Shown: positions 1-9,775 of the stretch, in pieces
Layout: each line of letters starts with the position of its first letter
Position numbering within the stretch: position 1 is the first letter of the stretch
Assembly: GCA_963752475.1 (NCBI GenBank)
Contig: CAVVYR010000006.1
Location: 640,001 to 704,000 of the forward strand
From: an uncultured Chloroflexia bacterium
Lineage (GTDB): Bacteria > Chloroflexota > Limnocylindria > Limnocylindrales > CSP1-4
Direction: 5' to 3'
DNA length: 64,000 nucleotides
Made by a program: the position numbers and the translations under genes
The notes under the pieces: model-generated
The model's input: only the letters and a program-made list of their open reading frames with translations
Databases searched by the model: none
Told to the model about the DNA's origin: nothing

Positions 1-452
1 ACGAAGAGCAGGCTCGGGACCCCTCCGATCGCGGCCAACGTGCCGCCATCCGCGCCTCCGCTAGCCGACCGGACGCAGACGCCAAGCAGGAAGCCTGGGA
101 GCGGATCAACGGTGAGGGCTACGGGTCGGACTACCTCACGCGTGCCGCCATCGCCGGCTTCCAATGGCCACATCAGCGCGAGCTGACGGCGGCTTTCCGG
201 GATGACTTCTACGAGCGCGTGGCCCAGGTCTACGAGACCCGCGACCACGCCTACGCGGAGTCCTACCTCCGCTGGCTCGTGCCCGATCTGTGGGCTGAGT
301 CGGACGAGGTCGAGCGCATCCGCGGTTTCGTGGACGGTCTCGCTGCCGAGCGGGAACTACTACGGCGGCACTTCATCGAGGTCGCCGACGACATCGAGCG
401 CGATATCCGCGTGCGACGGTTCGCCGCCGCGGCATCGGTGCTGCCCGGCTAG
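1..452 (+). CDS. pepN: Aminopeptidase N, C-terminal end (partial, runs off window)
   Basis: Frame from nt 3 reads EEQARDPSDRGQRAAIRASASRPDADAKQEAWERI...IAGFQWPHQRELT...LLRRHFIEVADDIERDIRVR, typical of the ERAP1-like C-terminal domain of actinobacterial-type PepN. Confidence 0.75.
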   Translation, partial: EEQARDPSDRGQRAAIRASASRPDADAKQEAWERINGEGYGSDYLTRAAIAGFQWPHQRELTAAFRDDFYERVAQVYETRDHAYAESYLRWLVPDLWAESDEVERIRGFVDGLAAERELLRRHFIEVADDIERDIRVRRFAAAASVLPG

Positions 453-1720
453 CGCGAGGCGCGTCGGCCGCTACCTCGTCGTGCCGGCTGCCGGCGCCGG
501 CCTCCACTACCGCCGCGTGAGCTGCCGCGCACCGGCCGGCTGCTGGGGTCGACCTCGAAGCCACGGACCTGCTTCACCGGCAGGTCCTTCTTCAGGAGTC
601 GGTTGATGCCCTTGAGCTGCTCCTCTTCGTCGAACGAGACAAGCGAGAGGGCGAGGCCCTCCTTACCCGCACGCCCGGTACGACCGATGCGGTGGACATA
701 GTCCTCGGGGTCGTAGGGGATCTCGAAGTTGACGACCACGGGCAGGTCCTCGATGTCAAGCCCGCGGGCGGCCACGTCGGTGGCCACGAGCACGCGGACT
801 TCGCCGCTCTTGAACATCTGCAGCGCGCGCTCACGCTCGGGCTGCGTGCGGTCGCCGTGGATGGCGGTCGCTTCCACGCCGCCGCGATCGAGCTGGGAGG
901 CGAGGCGACGGGTCATCTGTTTGGTGCGCGTGAAGACCAGCACCTGGTGCAGGTCGCGGGTGCGGATCAGGTGGGACAGCAGCTCTCGCTTGCGGTCCGC
1001 GTCGACCAGGTACGCGATCTGCTCGACCGACTCGGCAGCCTTGATGGTCGGCTCGATGTCGACCATCTCGGGATCGTTGAGGAAGGTGCTCGCGAGCGAA
1101 CGGACCTCGCCATCGAGTGTGGCCGAGAAGAGCAGGTTCTGGCGCTTCGCCGGGAGCATGGCCACGATGCGTCGGATGTCGTCGATGAAGCCCATGTCGA
1201 GCATGCGGTCGGCCTCATCGAGCACCAGCACCTCCACCTGGCCCAGGTTGAGCGTGCGGCTGCCGGCGTGGTCGAGCAGGCGGCCGGGCGTGGCCACCAC
1301 GATCTCGACGCCAGCGAGGAGATCCTTCTCCTGGGGGCCCATGGGTACGCCGCCGTAGACGATGGTGGAGCGTAGACCGACGTGTTTGCCGTAGTCCCTG
1401 AAGCTGTTGTGGACCTGGATGGCCAGCTCGCGCGTGGGTGTGACCACGAGGACGCGGATGGGATGCCGCGCGGGCGAGAAGGACTTGTTGGCCTGGCCCT
1501 TGAGTCGCTCAAGGATGGGCAGGGCGAAGGCTGCGGTCTTGCCCGTGCCGGTCTGGGCTCGCGCCATCAGATCGACGCCCTTGAGCACGATGGGGATGGC
1601 CTGTTCCTGGATCGGGGTGGGGTCGGTGTACCCCTCTTCCGCGACAGCGCGGAGGGTCTCCGGGCCGAGGCCCAGATCGTCGAATGGCATGCGGGTCCTT
1701 TGGGTAGTCGTGTTGCCCAC
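449..1720 (-). CDS. DEAD-box RNA helicase (RhlE-like)
   Basis: Q motif PTPIQ, AQTGTGKT, PTRELA, TPGRL, DEAD, SAT, ARGLD, HRIGRTGR; basic C-terminal tail. Confidence 0.97.
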   Translation of the reverse strand: MGNTTTQRTRMPFDDLGLGPETLRAVAEEGYTDPTPIQEQAIPIVLKGVDLMARAQTGTGKTAAFALPILERLKGQANKSFSPARHPIRVLVVTPTRELAIQVHNSFRDYGKHVGLRSTIVYGGVPMGPQEKDLLAGVEIVVATPGRLLDHAGSRTLNLGQVEVLVLDEADRMLDMGFIDDIRRIVAMLPAKRQNLLFSATLDGEVRSLASTFLNDPEMVDIEPTIKAAESVEQIAYLVDADRKRELLSHLIRTRDLHQVLVFTRTKQMTRRLASQLDRGGVEATAIHGDRTQPERERALQMFKSGEVRVLVATDVAARGLDIEDLPVVVNFEIPYDPEDYVHRIGRTGRAGKEGLALSLVSFDEEEQLKGINRLLKKDLPVKQVRGFEVDPSSRPVRGSSRGGSGGRRRQPARRGSGRRASR

Positions 1721-1866
1721 CTATCGGCCAGGTCCAGGGCTGTCACGTTCGTTTGTGCGCGTGTCGCGCGAGGCATCGACCCGGAGATGCCGCCACTTGG
1801 TTCAACGAGAGCGCGTAGTCGCGATCGGCCCAGTGTAGTCGCTGCTCAGCAGGCCGGCCTGTCGCG

Positions 1867-2217
1867 CTACGGTCTGGGATCGAGCCGGAAGGCCGGACCG
1901 GCACCAAGGCGCTCGGCCGGGGTGCCGTACTTGAGGATCAACTCACGGACGGTGGCAGCTCGTTGGGTGACATCGAGTTCACTCGCGGTGTAGCGCCTCC
2001 GCGTGCTTTCGAGCTCGACGATGCATGCCGGCTTCGCCCGCAGGTTCAGGGCCCATCCGGTCGTCGCGGATGACGCGGCCACGAGCAACGAGCCGGTGCC
2101 ATCGACCACGAAGCCGATGGTCACGACCCGCGGCAACCCGCTCCGACGCCCGGTCGTCTGGAGCCGGATGACCTTGTTCCACGCAATGAGGTCGGCCTCC
2201 ATCGAGCGCTGGTTCAC
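1867..2217 (-). CDS. Deazaflavin (F420)-dependent nitroreductase family protein
   Basis: TTGRRSGLPR, W.LNLRA.P, and C-terminal FRL motifs. Confidence 0.85.
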   Translation of the reverse strand: MNQRSMEADLIAWNKVIRLQTTGRRSGLPRVVTIGFVVDGTGSLLVAASSATTGWALNLRAKPACIVELESTRRRYTASELDVTQRAATVRELILKYGTPAERLGAGPAFRLDPRP

Positions 2218-2708
2218 GCCATATGGTCCGGGTCGAGTGCGCTCGTGAGGCGTTGGCGTAGCACGTCGCGGTCGAGCCGAGCCCGTTGCTGTCGCGCCGT
2301 GGGGGCGATGCCCTCGAGCCGGGTGACCGCATCGTCATGAGCGTCAGCGAGCGCGTCGAGCTCACGCTGCAGGCGCTGGCTGGCTGCGGCAGGGGAACGC
2401 GAGGCACGCACGAGCAAACCCTCGATGGCCTCGAGGCGCTGGCGGACCTCCTTGTCCGTCTCGACCCACGGTGGCGCCGCCCCGGCATTGCGCAGGACGC
2501 GGTTGGCTGCGGCCATGTCACCGGCGTAGGTCTCGTCGTCGGGTCGCAGTGGCCGCCCGTGGTCGGGCAGGTCGTCGAACGCGCCTTCCTCCTGGGCCTC
2601 GCGGATGAGCCGCTCGGTCAACGTCTCCCAGCGAGGAGCCGTGCGTTCCTTACCCGTGGCATCGCGTCGGATGAGCGGCCGATCGCCTGGTCGTTGCTGC
2701 TGGCTCAC
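2214..2708 (-). CDS. DUF1992 (DnaJ-associated) domain protein
   Basis: ERLIREAQEEGAFDDLPDHGRPL...NRVLRNAGAAPPWVE signature. Confidence 0.85.
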   Translation of the reverse strand: MSQQQRPGDRPLIRRDATGKERTAPRWETLTERLIREAQEEGAFDDLPDHGRPLRPDDETYAGDMAAANRVLRNAGAAPPWVETDKEVRQRLEAIEGLLVRASRSPAAASQRLQRELDALADAHDDAVTRLEGIAPTARQQRARLDRDVLRQRLTSALDPDHMA

Positions 2709-2737
2709 GTGCTCATGCTCGCACGGAGCCGCGAGGG

Positions 2738-2962
2738 CTAGTGCGGGCGGGGGGCCGGCTGCGCTTCGCGCGTGAGGCGCAGCTTGCGATGCAGCCCGCA
2801 GACCGGGCAGGTCGCGTTCCTGCCGTCGTCATCAGGGACGAGGAAGGTGGTGCAGCCGTTGGTGCTGCAGAACAGCCGATGGCTGGCCGCTCGGCGAAGC
2901 CGGCGCTGAGCGTGGCTCCGCCGGCTGATGGCAGCGTTGGTGGGTGGGCTTCGGTGAAGCAT
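2738..2962 (-). CDS. Small hypothetical protein with a 4-Cys zinc ribbon
   Basis: CSTNGC...CPVC; GAAAGGA RBS upstream of ATG 2962. Confidence 0.6.
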   Translation of the reverse strand: MLHRSPPTNAAISRRSHAQRRLRRAASHRLFCSTNGCTTFLVPDDDGRNATCPVCGLHRKLRLTREAQPAPRPH

Positions 2963-3200
2963 CAGGTTCATCCTTTCGCCGGCGGCGCGACCATCGAAGG
3001 GTGCGCTCAAGCCGACCGTGGTGTCGGTGTACCGCTCGACGCATCCCGTTCGGGGAGCGGTGGTTCATCAGAGGCTCGCGTCTCGCGGGAGCACACCGGA
3101 GGTTCCGGTGCTCGACCGCGCGCGGGTCGGGGATGCCCATGCATTGTAGCGCATCCGTTCGAATAGCCTCTCCGCCGATGGTAGGGGGTACCCTGCAGCC

Positions 3201-3785
3201 ATGACAGCCACGCCCCCCGACGCGCTTCCCTACACCGGCGACCCCGAGGCCGACGCCCTGCTTGCCGTCGATCCCATGGCCCTGCTCATCGGCTTCGTGC
3301 TCGACCAACAGGTCACCGTGCAGAAGGCCTTCAGCGGCCCACTCGAACTGCGCCGCCGGGTGGGCACGCTCGACGCGGCCGAACTCGCGGCCATGGACCC
3401 CGGTGACTTCGAGGCCGCCTTCCGCGAGCGCCCCGCGCTCCATCGCTTCCCCGGCAACATGGCCAAGCGAACGCAAGCCTTGTGCACCGCGGTGGCCGAA
3501 CGCTATGGCGATGATCCTGCCGCGCTCTGGCACGACGCGGCCGACGGCCCCGACCTCGAGCAGCGGCTGCTGGCGCTTCCGGGCATCGGCGAGATGAAGG
3601 CCAAGGCCATGCTGGCGATCCTGCACAAGCGTTTCGGACTGGAGCTCGACGGGCTCGAGTCGGTCCTGCCGACGTACCCGACGTTGGGCGACGTGGACTC
3701 GGCCGAAGCGCTCGCCGAGTACCAGGAGAAGAAGCGCGCCTACAAGGCCAAGCTCAAGGCCGAGGGCGGCAGCTTCCAGCCGTAG
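3201..3785 (+). CDS. HhH-GPD family base-excision repair protein
   Basis: LLIGFVLDQQVTVQKAFSGP, HRFPGNMAKR, LALPGIGEMKA (HhH). Confidence 0.9.
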   Translation: MTATPPDALPYTGDPEADALLAVDPMALLIGFVLDQQVTVQKAFSGPLELRRRVGTLDAAELAAMDPGDFEAAFRERPALHRFPGNMAKRTQALCTAVAERYGDDPAALWHDAADGPDLEQRLLALPGIGEMKAKAMLAILHKRFGLELDGLESVLPTYPTLGDVDSAEALAEYQEKKRAYKAKLKAEGGSFQP

Positions 3786-3937
3786 CGCTCCGGCTGGCAA
3801 CCCCTAGCCTCACGCTGCATCTTTCTTCGAACGGTCACGCCCCTGGAGATCAGCGCGCGTGAGACCAAGTCTCACGAATCGGGCTTCACATCTGACCGCC
3901 ACAGGCGTAGATTCGTACCAGGAGGTACTCGGTTCGA

Positions 3938-4099
3938 ATGGTCGATCTCCGCAACCGGCAGGTCCGGAAGACTCGGAGCCCCAGGGCCACTGAGTGGTCG
4001 TGGGCGCTGCTGCAGACCGCGGATGGATCGCACGGCATGAGCAACCTCGTCACCCAGCCCCGAGCGGGCAACATCTCATCTGACACCCGAGCCGGCTGA
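3938..4099 (+). CDS. Candidate small protein (53 aa), not in ORF track
   Basis: AGGAGGT RBS at 3920-3926, ATG 3938, open to TGA 4097-4099: MVDLRNRQVRKTRSPRATEWSWALLQTADGSHGMSNLVTQPRAGNISSDTRAG. Confidence 0.4.
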   Translation: MVDLRNRQVRKTRSPRATEWSWALLQTADGSHGMSNLVTQPRAGNISSDTRAG

Positions 4100-4201
4100 T
4101 TCGCGCGGTCGGGGTCGTGAGCGCATGCGCGCCGGCCGCCGAACGCGTGCACCCAGACCGCGTCGGACCCGCGCCCAGTGCGTGGGTCTCGTGATTCGCG
4201 A

Positions 4202-5065
4202 TCAGGCTCCGGCAGCCTTCCGCAGCCCGTCCTGCAACGCCCGGGCGACCTCTCCTGGGCGGCCCGTCCCCACGGCCACATCGTCGAGCCGGACGATCGG
4301 CATCAGCTCACGCACGGAGGACGAGCTGAAGACCTCCTCGGCCGCGGCCAAGTCGCCAAGTGGGTACCAGCCCTCCAGGACCTCGTAGCCCTGCTCCCGC
4401 GCGATGTCGATGAGGTAGGCGCGCGTGACGCCGGCAAGGATGCCCAGGTCGAGCGCGGGAGTGTAGAGGCTTCGGTCGGTGCGCCACCAGACGTTGGTCA
4501 CCGGGCCTTCGAGCACGGAGCCGTCAGCGGCGATGAAGACGGCATCTTCGGCCCCGCGTCTCCGTGCCTCGTCGAAGGCGGCCATGTTCACCGCATAGGA
4601 GGTCGACTTCACGCCGTCGAGCAGCCATGGCGCATCCTTGCGCAGGCGCGGGTCGGTGCCCAACTGGAGCGAGACGGCGGCGATGCCTCTCGCGCGCTTG
4701 TCTTCAAGATCGCCGGGGATGGGCAGGACCACCGCCATCGACACGGGCTCGCCGCCCGCTCGACCGCCGGTCATGGTGAGGCGCAACGAGCAATCGGGCG
4801 CAGCGGCGGCCTCGAGCACCGTCCGGGCCAGGTCGGCCAACCCGTCGGCATCGGGCGCGGGTAGCTGCATCCGCGCAGCGGACGCGCGCAGCCGCTCGAG
4901 ATGCTCCTCCATGGCGAATGGGCGACCGCCGTAGACGCGCAGTGTCTCGAATGCCGCCAAACCTCGGAGCAGTCCGGCATCATCAGCGTGGATGACGGGG
5001 ACGTCGGGGTCGACGACACCACGTCCCAGGACGCCGACCGCGAGCGGGTGAGCGTCGGGTTTCAC
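4202..5065 (-). CDS. pabC: Class IV aminotransferase / 4-amino-4-deoxychorismate lyase
   Basis: FETLR, HLERL, KSTSY (PLP Lys), EGPVTN, ILAGVTR; GTG overlaps the pabB stop. Confidence 0.8.
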   Translation of the reverse strand: MKPDAHPLAVGVLGRGVVDPDVPVIHADDAGLLRGLAAFETLRVYGGRPFAMEEHLERLRASAARMQLPAPDADGLADLARTVLEAAAAPDCSLRLTMTGGRAGGEPVSMAVVLPIPGDLEDKRARGIAAVSLQLGTDPRLRKDAPWLLDGVKSTSYAVNMAAFDEARRRGAEDAVFIAADGSVLEGPVTNVWWRTDRSLYTPALDLGILAGVTRAYLIDIAREQGYEVLEGWYPLGDLAAAEEVFSSSSVRELMPIVRLDDVAVGTGRPGEVARALQDGLRKAAGA

Positions 5066-6141
5066 GCCGCCACCTTCGGATGCGAGGCCGCACCGATGGC
5101 GTCGAGCAGCGGACGCGCCTTGACCCACGATTCCTCGACCTCGGCCTCGGGCTCCGAGTCCCATACGACGCCGCCACCGACCCACAGGTGGATGCGGTCG
5201 CCGACGATCGCGAAGGTGCGGATGGTCAGCGCCAGCTCGAAGTCGCCGTTGGGCCAGACGGTCCCGAGGGCGCCCATCGAGGCTCCGCGGCCGACCGGCT
5301 CGAGGGCGTTGATGTGATCGAGCGCAGCGATCTTGGGTGCGCCGGTGACCGAGCCGCCCGGGAACATCGCGCGCATGGCCTCGGCGAACCCGATGCCGTC
5401 TCGAGCGGTGCCCTCGACGAGCGAGACGAGGTGTTCCACACCAGCCATCGGTCGCGCGCGCATGAGCTCCGGCCAGACCACGCTGCCAGGTTCGCAGATG
5501 CGTCCCAGGTCGTTGCGTTCGAGGTCTACGATCATCACGTGCTCGGCTGCGTCCTTGGCCGAGTCCTGCAGCGCTGCCGCGCCACCGGCCGGCCTCGTGC
5601 CCTTGATGGGCATCGTCCAGAGCCGACGTCCGTGGCGCGCGAGGAAGAGCTCGGGTGTGGCCGACACGATGCTCCAGCCGTCACCACTCAGCGGCTGCGG
5701 ATGAAGAGGAGCGAAGGGACCGAGTGCCGCGGCCAGGCCAGCGGGATCGCCGTCGAAGGCCGCCGAGAGATGCTGGACCAGGTTGACCTGGTAGACCTCA
5801 CCTTGGGCGATGGCCTCGCGTGCGAACCCCACGGCGTGCGCGTAATCGGCGGTCGTCCAGGTCGAGTCCCAGGCGCCGATGCTGAAGGCACCTACAGCCG
5901 CCGCTCGCTCAGCGACCCGGCGCAGGCGACAGGCCGCCAGGGGCAGATCGGCCGGCTCGGGGCGTGCCGCCCGCTCGCTCCGGCGCAGGGGTTCGGACAG
6001 GCCGTAGCCGAGGTAGACATCGGCGCACACGTCCTGCGGCGGCCGGTCAGCGAAGAAGCCGGCTCCTCGCAGATGCTCCTCGATGGCCTCGAACGCACCC
6101 GTGGTCGCTCGGACCTCGAAGGTCGGCTGGTCGGCTACCAC
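5062..6141 (-). CDS. pabB: Aminodeoxychorismate/anthranilate synthase component I
   Basis: GEVYQVNL, PELFL, PIKGT, AEHVMIVDLERNDL, PGGSVTGAPK, IRT, GGGVV..S..E.EE...KA. Confidence 0.85.
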   Translation of the reverse strand: MVADQPTFEVRATTGAFEAIEEHLRGAGFFADRPPQDVCADVYLGYGLSEPLRRSERAARPEPADLPLAACRLRRVAERAAAVGAFSIGAWDSTWTTADYAHAVGFAREAIAQGEVYQVNLVQHLSAAFDGDPAGLAAALGPFAPLHPQPLSGDGWSIVSATPELFLARHGRRLWTMPIKGTRPAGGAAALQDSAKDAAEHVMIVDLERNDLGRICEPGSVVWPELMRARPMAGVEHLVSLVEGTARDGIGFAEAMRAMFPGGSVTGAPKIAALDHINALEPVGRGASMGALGTVWPNGDFELALTIRTFAIVGDRIHLWVGGGVVWDSEPEAEVEESWVKARPLLDAIGAASHPKVAA

Positions 6142-6419
6142 GGATCGGGGTTGGGCTCGCCGCGCGGCGGATGGAAGCTGATGATGACGCGGCCGGGCTT
6201 CAAGAACGGTTCATCGGTGACGAGGTCGAACTGACCCGGGTACTCCTTGCGCAGCGCGTTGCGCAGGTCGGGCAACGTCCGTTCCAGCAGCGCCACGTCA
6301 GCCACGGTCCTGGCGAAGCCATCGAGGTCCGGTGCGGGGCGGAAGCGCGCACGCACGAAGATGGCCTCGAAGCCGTCAGCCTGCCAGGCGATGCGGATGG
6401 AGCCGTCCTGCTGGAGCAT
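6135..6419 (-). CDS. Hypothetical protein (94 aa)
   Basis: GC3-biased ORF MLQQDGSIRIAWQ..., overlaps pabB start, TACCAT -10-like box 6 nt upstream. Confidence 0.7.
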   Translation of the reverse strand: MLQQDGSIRIAWQADGFEAIFVRARFRPAPDLDGFARTVADVALLERTLPDLRNALRKEYPGQFDLVTDEPFLKPGRVIISFHPPRGEPNPDPW

Positions 6420-6498
6420 CGGCTCATGGTAGGGGCAACGCCGTCTCTCCACCGGCACGGAGCCGGTGCCGGTTCCGGGTGCCGACTATGCTGGGGCC

Positions 6499-6903
6499 AT
6501 GTTCGATGAACGCCCTGACATCCAGGAACGACTGGAAGGCGAGCTCGTCGCCTGGATGACGACGGTCGATACGGCCGGCCAACCCCAGACCTCGCCGGTG
6601 TGGTTCCTCATCGAGGACGAGGACATCGTCATCTACTCGCTCGATGGCACGCCGCGCACGCGCAACATCCGCGCCAACCCCAAGGTCTGCCTCAACCTCA
6701 ACAGCACGCCCGCGGGCGGCGAGGTCGTGATCATCGAGGGCACGGCCCTGATCGTGAGCGACGGACCGCCGGCGAACGAGGACGAGCGCTACGTGAGCAA
6801 GTACGAGGGTCCCATGGAGGACCTGGGAATGACGCCCGAGTCATTCGCCGCCGACTACCCCGTGCGCATCCACGTGCAGCCGACGCGCCTGCGAGCGTCA
6901 TGA
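6499..6903 (+). CDS. PPOX-class F420-dependent oxidoreductase
   Basis: AWMTTV..GQPQTSPVWF, RTRNIRANPKV. Confidence 0.88.
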   Translation: MFDERPDIQERLEGELVAWMTTVDTAGQPQTSPVWFLIEDEDIVIYSLDGTPRTRNIRANPKVCLNLNSTPAGGEVVIIEGTALIVSDGPPANEDERYVSKYEGPMEDLGMTPESFAADYPVRIHVQPTRLRAS

Positions 6904-7316
6904 CCGAGCGGCCGCCCAGCGGTGGCCGACTGACGGTCCTCTACGACGCGCGGTGCCGGGTGTGCACGCGCATCGCCGGCCGCTTCGCCGGCCTCGATGG
7001 GGACGCACGGCTCAGGATCCGGCCGCTGCAGTGGGCAGACCGCGACGAATGGGAGAGCGTGCGCCGCCTGCGCGCGGACCGCGACCTGCGCCTGGAGCTC
7101 CATGTCATCGACGAGGACGGCGAGTGGGCCGCGGGAGGGGAGGCCATGGTGCGCGTGCTCGAGCGCCTGCCGGCATTCGGGCCCGTCGCCGTCGTGCTCC
7201 GTCTGCCGCTGGTGCGGGAAGCGATCGAGCCCGGCTACCGCTGGTTCGCGGGCAACCGGGCTCGGTTCGCATTCATGGCGGGTTCGTTCAGGAACCGCTC
7301 ATTCGGCTCCTCGTAG
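6900..7316 (+). CDS. DCC1-like thiol-disulfide oxidoreductase (DUF393)
   Basis: VLYDARCRVC (DxxCxxC), Y.W.A.NR; ATGA overlap with upstream gene. Confidence 0.88.
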   Translation: MTERPPSGGRLTVLYDARCRVCTRIAGRFAGLDGDARLRIRPLQWADRDEWESVRRLRADRDLRLELHVIDEDGEWAAGGEAMVRVLERLPAFGPVAVVLRLPLVREAIEPGYRWFAGNRARFAFMAGSFRNRSFGSS

Positions 7317-8552
7317 CGCATCGGTCGGGCTGAGCCGGGCCGCGCGCATGGCCGGGTAGAAGCCGGCGAGCGCGCCGATGGCCACCGCGGCGCAGATGCC
7401 ACCGACCACGGCCACGGCCGGGATGATGGGCATCCACTCCTGCGAGAGCGCGTAGGCCACGGCCAACCCGGCACCGAGCAGCACGCCCAGCACTCCACCG
7501 ACGAGGGCGAGTGCCAGCGCCTCGCTGACGAACTGGAGGGCGATGTGGCGTCGGGTCGCGCCGAGGGCACGGCGCAGGCCGATCTCACCGCGTCGCTCCA
7601 TGACCGACATCAGCATCACGTTGGCGATACCGAAGCCACCGACGATGAGGGCCACGGCCCCGAGGCCGAGGAAGAGGTCGGTGAAGGCCACGGCTGCGGC
7701 GGCCTTGGCCTCGAGCACGTCGGAGGGTCGGGTGACCTCGACCTCGCTGGCGTCCTCGGGGTTGGCCGTCCGGCCGAGCACGGCCCGCACGTCCTCGATG
7801 TACTCGACATCGCTGCGCACGTAGATCGTCGAAGGGCTGCCGTCGAATTCGTATCGCTGTTCCGCGAGCGGGATGCCCACGAAGGCCGACGAATCGAGCT
7901 CGCTGGCCAGCTCCACGGGCTCGAGGATGCCGATGACCGTGAACCACTGGTCGTCCATCCACACGCGCACGCCGGGCTCGGTGATGCCGAGCCGCCGGGC
8001 GGCGGTGGTGCCAAGGACGGTCGTGGGCAGGGTCGAGGAGGCTTCATCGAGCCATCTGCCGACGGCGACATCAGCGCGCAGGGTCTCGAGCAGGTCGAGG
8101 TCAGAGGCCGTCACGGCGATGCCGCCGGTGCGGCCCTCGTCGATGTAGTCGGTCCGACGCACGGTGGCGTCGACGGTGGCCACGCTCGAGGCGGACTCGA
8201 CCGGACCGACGCGCTCGATCATCGAACGCGCCTCCGAGGTCAGCTCGGCGTCACCACCGAAGAGCGTCTGGCCGGCGGTGACACGGAGCATGTTCGTGCC
8301 CAGGCGGTCGAGCTGGCTGAGCAGATCGGAGCGGCTGGACTCGGAGATGACGAGCACGCCCACCATGGCTGCGATGCCGATAGCGATGCCGATCATGGTC
8401 AGCGCCGAGCGGACCCGGCTGGCCTTCAGGCCGATGGCACCGAGACTGACGAGATCCGACGGGTGAAGTCTGCTGTTCCTGGGCTTCCGAGGCTTGACCT
8501 CGGCCTGGGGCGGCTTGGCCTGGCCCTGCATGGGCTTGGCGACTGCGCTCAT
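7299..8552 (-). CDS. MacB/FtsX-family ABC permease
   Basis: [47 protein letters not shown]. Confidence 0.95.
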   Translation of the reverse strand: MSAVAKPMQGQAKPPQAEVKPRKPRNSRLHPSDLVSLGAIGLKASRVRSALTMIGIAIGIAAMVGVLVISESSRSDLLSQLDRLGTNMLRVTAGQTLFGGDAELTSEARSMIERVGPVESASSVATVDATVRRTDYIDEGRTGGIAVTASDLDLLETLRADVAVGRWLDEASSTLPTTVLGTTAARRLGITEPGVRVWMDDQWFTVIGILEPVELASELDSSAFVGIPLAEQRYEFDGSPSTIYVRSDVEYIEDVRAVLGRTANPEDASEVEVTRPSDVLEAKAAAAVAFTDLFLGLGAVALIVGGFGIANVMLMSVMERRGEIGLRRALGATRRHIALQFVSEALALALVGGVLGVLLGAGLAVAYALSQEWMPIIPAVAVVGGICAAVAIGALAGFYPAMRAARLSPTDALRGAE

Positions 8553-9775
8553 GCCGCGGCAACCGTGGCGCTGTCGCGGACCATGCGGCCGTCGAGGATC
8601 TCGAGCCGGCGAGGCATGCGTGCCGCGACCGAGTGGTCATGGGTGATGACCACGATGGTCGTACCGTCCTGGCGGTTGAGCTCATCGAGCAGATCGAGGA
8701 TGACCGCCCCGGTCTTGCTGTCGAGGTTGCCCGTGGGCTCGTCCGCCAGCACCACGCTGGGCCGACCAACGATGGCGCGGGCGATAGCCACGCGCTGACG
8801 CTCGCCGCCAGAGAGCTTGCCGGGCCTGTGGTCGGCACGATGCGAGAGGTTCACCCGCTCCAGGGCCTCGGCTGCCAGCCTGCGTCGCTCCGCCGGGCCG
8901 ACGCCACGGTAGAGCAACCCGTTAGCCACGTTGTCCTGGGCGGTCATGCCTGCGAGCAGGAAGAACTGCTGGAAGATGAAACCGACGTGCTGACTGCGCA
9001 GGCCGGAGAGATCCTTGTCGCTGAGCTCGTTGATGTCGAAGCCGGCGACCTTGACGATACCGCTGGTGGGCTTGTCGAGCGTGCCCAGCACGTGGAGCAG
9101 GGTGGACTTGCCGGAGCCCGAGGGGCCGACGATGGCTACGAGTTCACCCTGGCGCACGCGCAGGTTCACGCCCCGTAGCGCCTCCACGGGCGGATCGCCG
9201 GGATACGTGCGCGCTGCCTCCTGGAGGTCGAGTACGACCGGACCGAGGGGCGGCCGCGCAAGCGGTGGGCGCATACTCGGCAACGTTGGCTGTGGACCGC
9301 TCGCACCGGGCCGCATCGACGACGGGCGCGGCGCCAGGCGGGGCCTCTGCGAGTTCGACGAAGTGCTGGGTGGAGATGCGCTCGGACTCGGCGCGCTCCG
9401 TGCCCGAGCCGGTGGCTTCGGTGCGCCGGGCGCACGCCGTGTCGGCGTCTGGCGGGGAGCGGCGGCACCCGGAGGTGGCGTCATCGCCGCTGGCCTGATC
9501 TCCGGCACGATCGGCGTCGGGTTCGGACGCTGGGGGGACGAAGCCCCGGACGGACCGAATGCTCGAGCGGTCGGCGGTCGCCCGGATCCTCGCGCCATCG
9601 GTGGCTGTGGCGCGACCACCGTCGGATCAGGGTCGGCGGACTCGCCGACGTTGTCGGTGAGCCACTCCTCGATCTCAGCGTCGAGCGGCGTCTCCACGGG
9701 GCCCATCGACGCGGCTGGGGGCGGCGCCCATGGGCGTGCGGGCTGCGCCGGCGGCGGGTCCTGCCTAGACGTCAT
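8549..9775 (-). CDS. LolD/MacB-type ABC ATPase with long Pro-rich N-terminal extension
   Basis: [37 protein letters not shown]; ATG overlaps upstream stop. Confidence 0.93.
   Translation of the reverse strand: MTSRQDPPPAQPARPWAPPPAASMGPVETPLDAEIEEWLTDNVGESADPDPTVVAPQPPMARGSGRPPTARAFGPSGASSPQRPNPTPIVPEIRPAAMTPPPGAAAPRQTPTRRAPGAPKPPARARSAPSPSASPPSTSSNSQRPRLAPRPSSMRPGASGPQPTLPSMRPPLARPPLGPVVLDLQEAARTYPGDPPVEALRGVNLRVRQGELVAIVGPSGSGKSTLLHVLGTLDKPTSGIVKVAGFDINELSDKDLSGLRSQHVGFIFQQFFLLAGMTAQDNVANGLLYRGVGPAERRRLAAEALERVNLSHRADHRPGKLSGGERQRVAIARAIVGRPSVVLADEPTGNLDSKTGAVILDLLDELNRQDGTTIVVITHDHSVAARMPRRLEILDGRMVRDSATVAAA

Noticed and set aside
3060-3075. CTGATGA hammerhead ribozyme core on the minus strand
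   Set aside because: No stem II closed by GAAA at a suitable distance and no cleavage-site helix found
3955-3985. CAGGTCCGGAAG resembles the SRP RNA domain IV core
   Set aside because: The required following GAAGCAGC and the closing helix are absent
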